Part shown: positions 44,411 to 45,982 of the stretch, piece after piece | Position numbering within the stretch: position 1 is the first letter of the stretch | Layout: each line of letters opens with the position of its first letter | Assembly (NCBI GenBank): GCA_027066795.1 | Contig: JAMONA010000013.1 | Location: 1-45,982 of the forward strand | DNA length: 45,982 bases | Direction: 5' to 3' | Source: Candidatus Kaiserbacteria bacterium | GTDB taxonomy: Bacteria > Patescibacteriota > Minisyncoccia > Phycocordibacterales > UBA2100 | Notes under the pieces: model-generated | What the model was told of the DNA's origin: nothing | Databases searched by the model: none | Seen by the model: only the letters and a program-made list of their open reading frames with translations | Translations under genes and position numbers: made by a program

Positions 44411-45193
44411 CTATCTCGTTACCGTACCGGTAACGAGATTTTTAAATAAAATAGCAACCGTCATTGGGCCTATACCTCCTGGAGTCCTAGAAAATATGCT
44501 TGCCAACTCTTCGCACTCCATGGCAATATCCCCCACTAAGTTGCCAGCTTGTGTGCTTGTACCAGCGTCTAGTAGTACCACACCCTCTTTCAGCATATCT
44601 TTAGTTATTAAATTTGGTACTCCTGCACCACTTACTATAATGTCACTGTTTCTACATAGTTCTATCAGCTCCTCCTTACTAACACTGTTATCTATGGAGG
44701 TTACTTCTGCCTCCATCTCTGCCAATAACTTGGCCACAGGCTTACCTACTAGCTTGCCCTCACCAACTACCAGGACCTTCTTACCACTTACAATTATCTT
44801 TTCTAGGTTTATAATCTCTTTAATAGCCCCTGCCACCGGAGTAAGGTAGGCACTACTCGTAGCCAAGCCGTCTACATCTAAGTTACTGGGCACACTGTCT
44901 AGCACCCTCTGTGTATCCATGTGTAGTGGTAACGGTAGCTGCACTACTATTCCATCAGCCTCACTAATTACACCCCTTATAATGTGTATTAGCTCAGCCT
45001 CTGTAATATCATCACTAAATCTATGTTCCACAAACTGTACGTTAATTTTCTCTGCAAAAATCTTTTTATACTTTACAAAACTCTCTATCACTGGGTCTTC
45101 TCCCACTATAAATATATGCAAGCTTAACCCCGCTGCATTGTCAATTAATTCAGATTGTATGTCTTTAGCTATTTGTCTACCGTCTATTATCAT
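44411..45193 (-). CDS. folD: bifunctional 5,10-methylene-THF dehydrogenase/cyclohydrolase
   Basis: MIIDGRQIA..I, VQLPLP, VVVGEGKLVGKP and PGGIGPMTVA. The probable start is at 45193; the tracked extension to 45229 would run through a terminator hairpin. Confidence 0.9.
   Translation of the reverse strand: MIIDGRQIAKDIQSELIDNAAGLSLHIFIVGEDPVIESFVKYKKIFAEKINVQFVEHRFSDDITEAELIHIIRGVISEADGIVVQLPLPLHMDTQRVLDSVPSNLDVDGLATSSAYLTPVAGAIKEIINLEKIIVSGKKVLVVGEGKLVGKPVAKLLAEMEAEVTSIDNSVSKEELIELCRNSDIIVSGAGVPNLITKDMLKEGVVLLDAGTSTQAGNLVGDIAMECEELASIFSRTPGGIGPMTVAILFKNLVTGTVTR
44413..44443. terminator. 12-bp-stem hairpin plus T-run downstream of tRNA-Phe; overlaps the last codons of folD
   Basis: ATCTCGTTACCG-tac-CGGTAACGAGAT-TTTT. 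Confidence 0.8.
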
Positions 45194-45212
45194 AATACTA
45201 GATACTACATGC

Positions 45213-45241
45213 AAAAAAAATAACCGCAACTGCAGTTATTT
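45213..45241 (-). terminator. strong intrinsic terminator about 20 nt upstream of the folD start (attenuator / expression-platform candidate)
   Basis: On the minus strand: AAATAACTGC-agtt-GCGGTTATTT followed by TTTTT. Confidence 0.7.
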
Positions 45242-45474
45242 AAAGATATAAAATAGAGGGGCAAAGTAGGATTATCGCTTGAGGTTGTTGTTATCAACAA
45301 TAACAATTATACAACCAAGCTACCTAGCTTTACCCCTCCAGCATGATCCCACATCCAAGTATAGAACGGCCACACTGACACTCTCTTGTTCTTTATTATG
45401 CAAATTGGCAAGTTTGAGTCCTGCAAAAGCCTCACAAAATACATACAACACAAGATGTGTGCTCAAAATTTATA
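45242..45474 (-). promoter_or_regulatory. structured ychF-folD leader (candidate cis-regulatory RNA)
   Basis: Promoter-like TTGCAT (45492-45497), 17 nt, TATAAA (45469-45474). Helix GAGGGG/CCCCTC (45333-38 / 45256-61) encloses two hairpins (45317-45330 and 45283-45316). Confidence 0.35.
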
Positions 45475-45485
45475 CCACTAATCTA

Positions 45486-45982
45486 CTATGAATGCAAGAA
45501 CTCCATTACGTCTCCATCTTGCACTACATAGTCCTTACCCTCTGTACGCACAGTACCCTGCTCTTTAGCGGTCGCTTTAGAACCTGCCCTAAGTAGTTCA
45601 TCGGTGCCTATCACCTGTGCACGTATAAATTTATCCTTAAAGTCATTATGTATGGCTGCACCTGCCTCTGGTGCAGTGCTACCTCTCCTTATTGTCCAGG
45701 CTCGTGTTTCCTTCTCTCCTACTGTAAAGAAGCTTATTAGGTCTAACAGCTCATACCCCTTACGTATAAGAGCATCTAGCCCGCTCTCAAGCACCCCAAA
45801 CTCTCGCCTAAAGTCTTGCTTGTCTTCCTCTGATACATCTGAAAGCTCTGCTTCTACACCAGCATCCACGTGGACATAACTTGCTCCTGCAGAATCTAAA
45901 AAGTCTTTAAGTTCAGCAAACCTACCATCATCCTGATTATCTAAGTTTAACGCCTCACTCTTAGAGTTGAGTATGTACATAA
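45486..45982 (-). CDS. ychF: ribosome-binding ATPase YchF/OLA1, C-terminal part (N-terminus beyond the window)
   Basis: FFTVGEKETRAWTIRRGSTAPEAGAAIHNDFKDKFIRAQVI ... DGDVMEFLHS is the canonical YchF TGS/C-terminal region. The frame is open to the window edge. Confidence 0.9.
   Translation of the reverse strand, partial: MYILNSKSEALNLDNQDDGRFAELKDFLDSAGASYVHVDAGVEAELSDVSEEDKQDFRREFGVLESGLDALIRKGYELLDLISFFTVGEKETRAWTIRRGSTAPEAGAAIHNDFKDKFIRAQVIGTDELLRAGSKATAKEQGTVRTEGKDYVVQDGDVMEFLHS

Noticed and set aside
45194-45229. N-terminal extension of folD (MRLFFLHVVSSI...) on the ORF track, and similarly the tyrA extension 8624-8665 (MRSSWFLMCGTIVF).
   Set aside because: The extensions are hydrophobic junk preceding canonical N-termini (MIIDGRQIA; MSKTIGIIGYG). 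The folD extension would be translated through a terminator hairpin.
45256-45445. Possible tmRNA on the plus strand, with a GGGGCAAAGTAGGATTATCGC start and a GCAAG-TTTGAGT-CCTGC T-arm-like element.
   Set aside because: The span is only about 180 nt. The acceptor strands do not pair, there is no G3:U70 or CCA context, and there is no plausible tag reading frame. The minus-strand leader interpretation fits the flanking promoter and terminator better.
1-45982. CRISPR arrays, IS elements/transposases, integrases, restriction-modification systems, toxin-antitoxin pairs or known defence systems.
   Set aside because: I saw no spaced direct-repeat array and no ORF with transposase, integrase or RT motifs. 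The only nuclease-helicase (9841-12879) has a repair-type architecture. The two methyltransferases lack adjacent endonucleases.

Overview
The window is a chromosomal, mostly housekeeping segment from a moderately AT-rich bacterium with compact genes. Several proteins are domain-reduced, including short PheS/PheT, ValRS and DnaJ. Most start codons I inspected have no Shine-Dalgarno sequence. Together this suggests a reduced-genome lineage such as CPR/Patescibacteria, but that is inference only. All gene calls rest on motifs I recognise in the translations; no database search was run.

Gene content:
- aaRS genes: gltX (partial), tyrS, pheST, hisS, valS.
- A dcw-type block (mraZ-rsmH-ftsL-ftsI), plus ddl-murF-murB, ftsQ, ftsZ and mreB.
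- Ribosome and replication genes: rpmA, rplI, frr, holB.
- A class II RNR (nrdJ), folD, ychF (partial), trxB, corA, dnaJ and hsp20.
- Three tRNAs: Ala-UGC, Ser-GCU, Phe-GAA.
- Gene orientation is minus from about 2.4 to 34.7 kb and plus from about 34.7 to 44.4 kb.

Things the ordinary annotation does not explain:
1. A 1,320-bp single-gene cassette (16.6-17.9 kb) is bounded by 51-bp direct repeats that duplicate the 3' end of the neighbouring membrane-protein gene. It encodes a protein whose only recognisable module is a sigma-70 region-4 HTH.
2. Three small unknown ORFs lie downstream of a UvrD-type helicase / Cas4-like Fe-S nuclease fusion.
3. A roughly 60-bp promoter-like block occurs twice in inverted orientation, 6.6 kb apart, each copy facing outward into structured non-coding sequence.
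4. An 87-nt near-perfect palindrome is built from the 3' end of tRNA-Ala and its trailer.
5. A structured ~270-nt ychF-folD spacer ends in a strong terminator about 20 nt before the folD start, which makes it a riboswitch/attenuator candidate.
6. A 390-bp unexplained spacer lies between nrdJ and rplI.
7. TyrRS has a HIGH signature that reads TIGN.
8. A textbook 4 x 10-bp MraZ operator sits upstream of mraZ.

No CRISPR array, transposase, integrase or recognisable defence system was seen.
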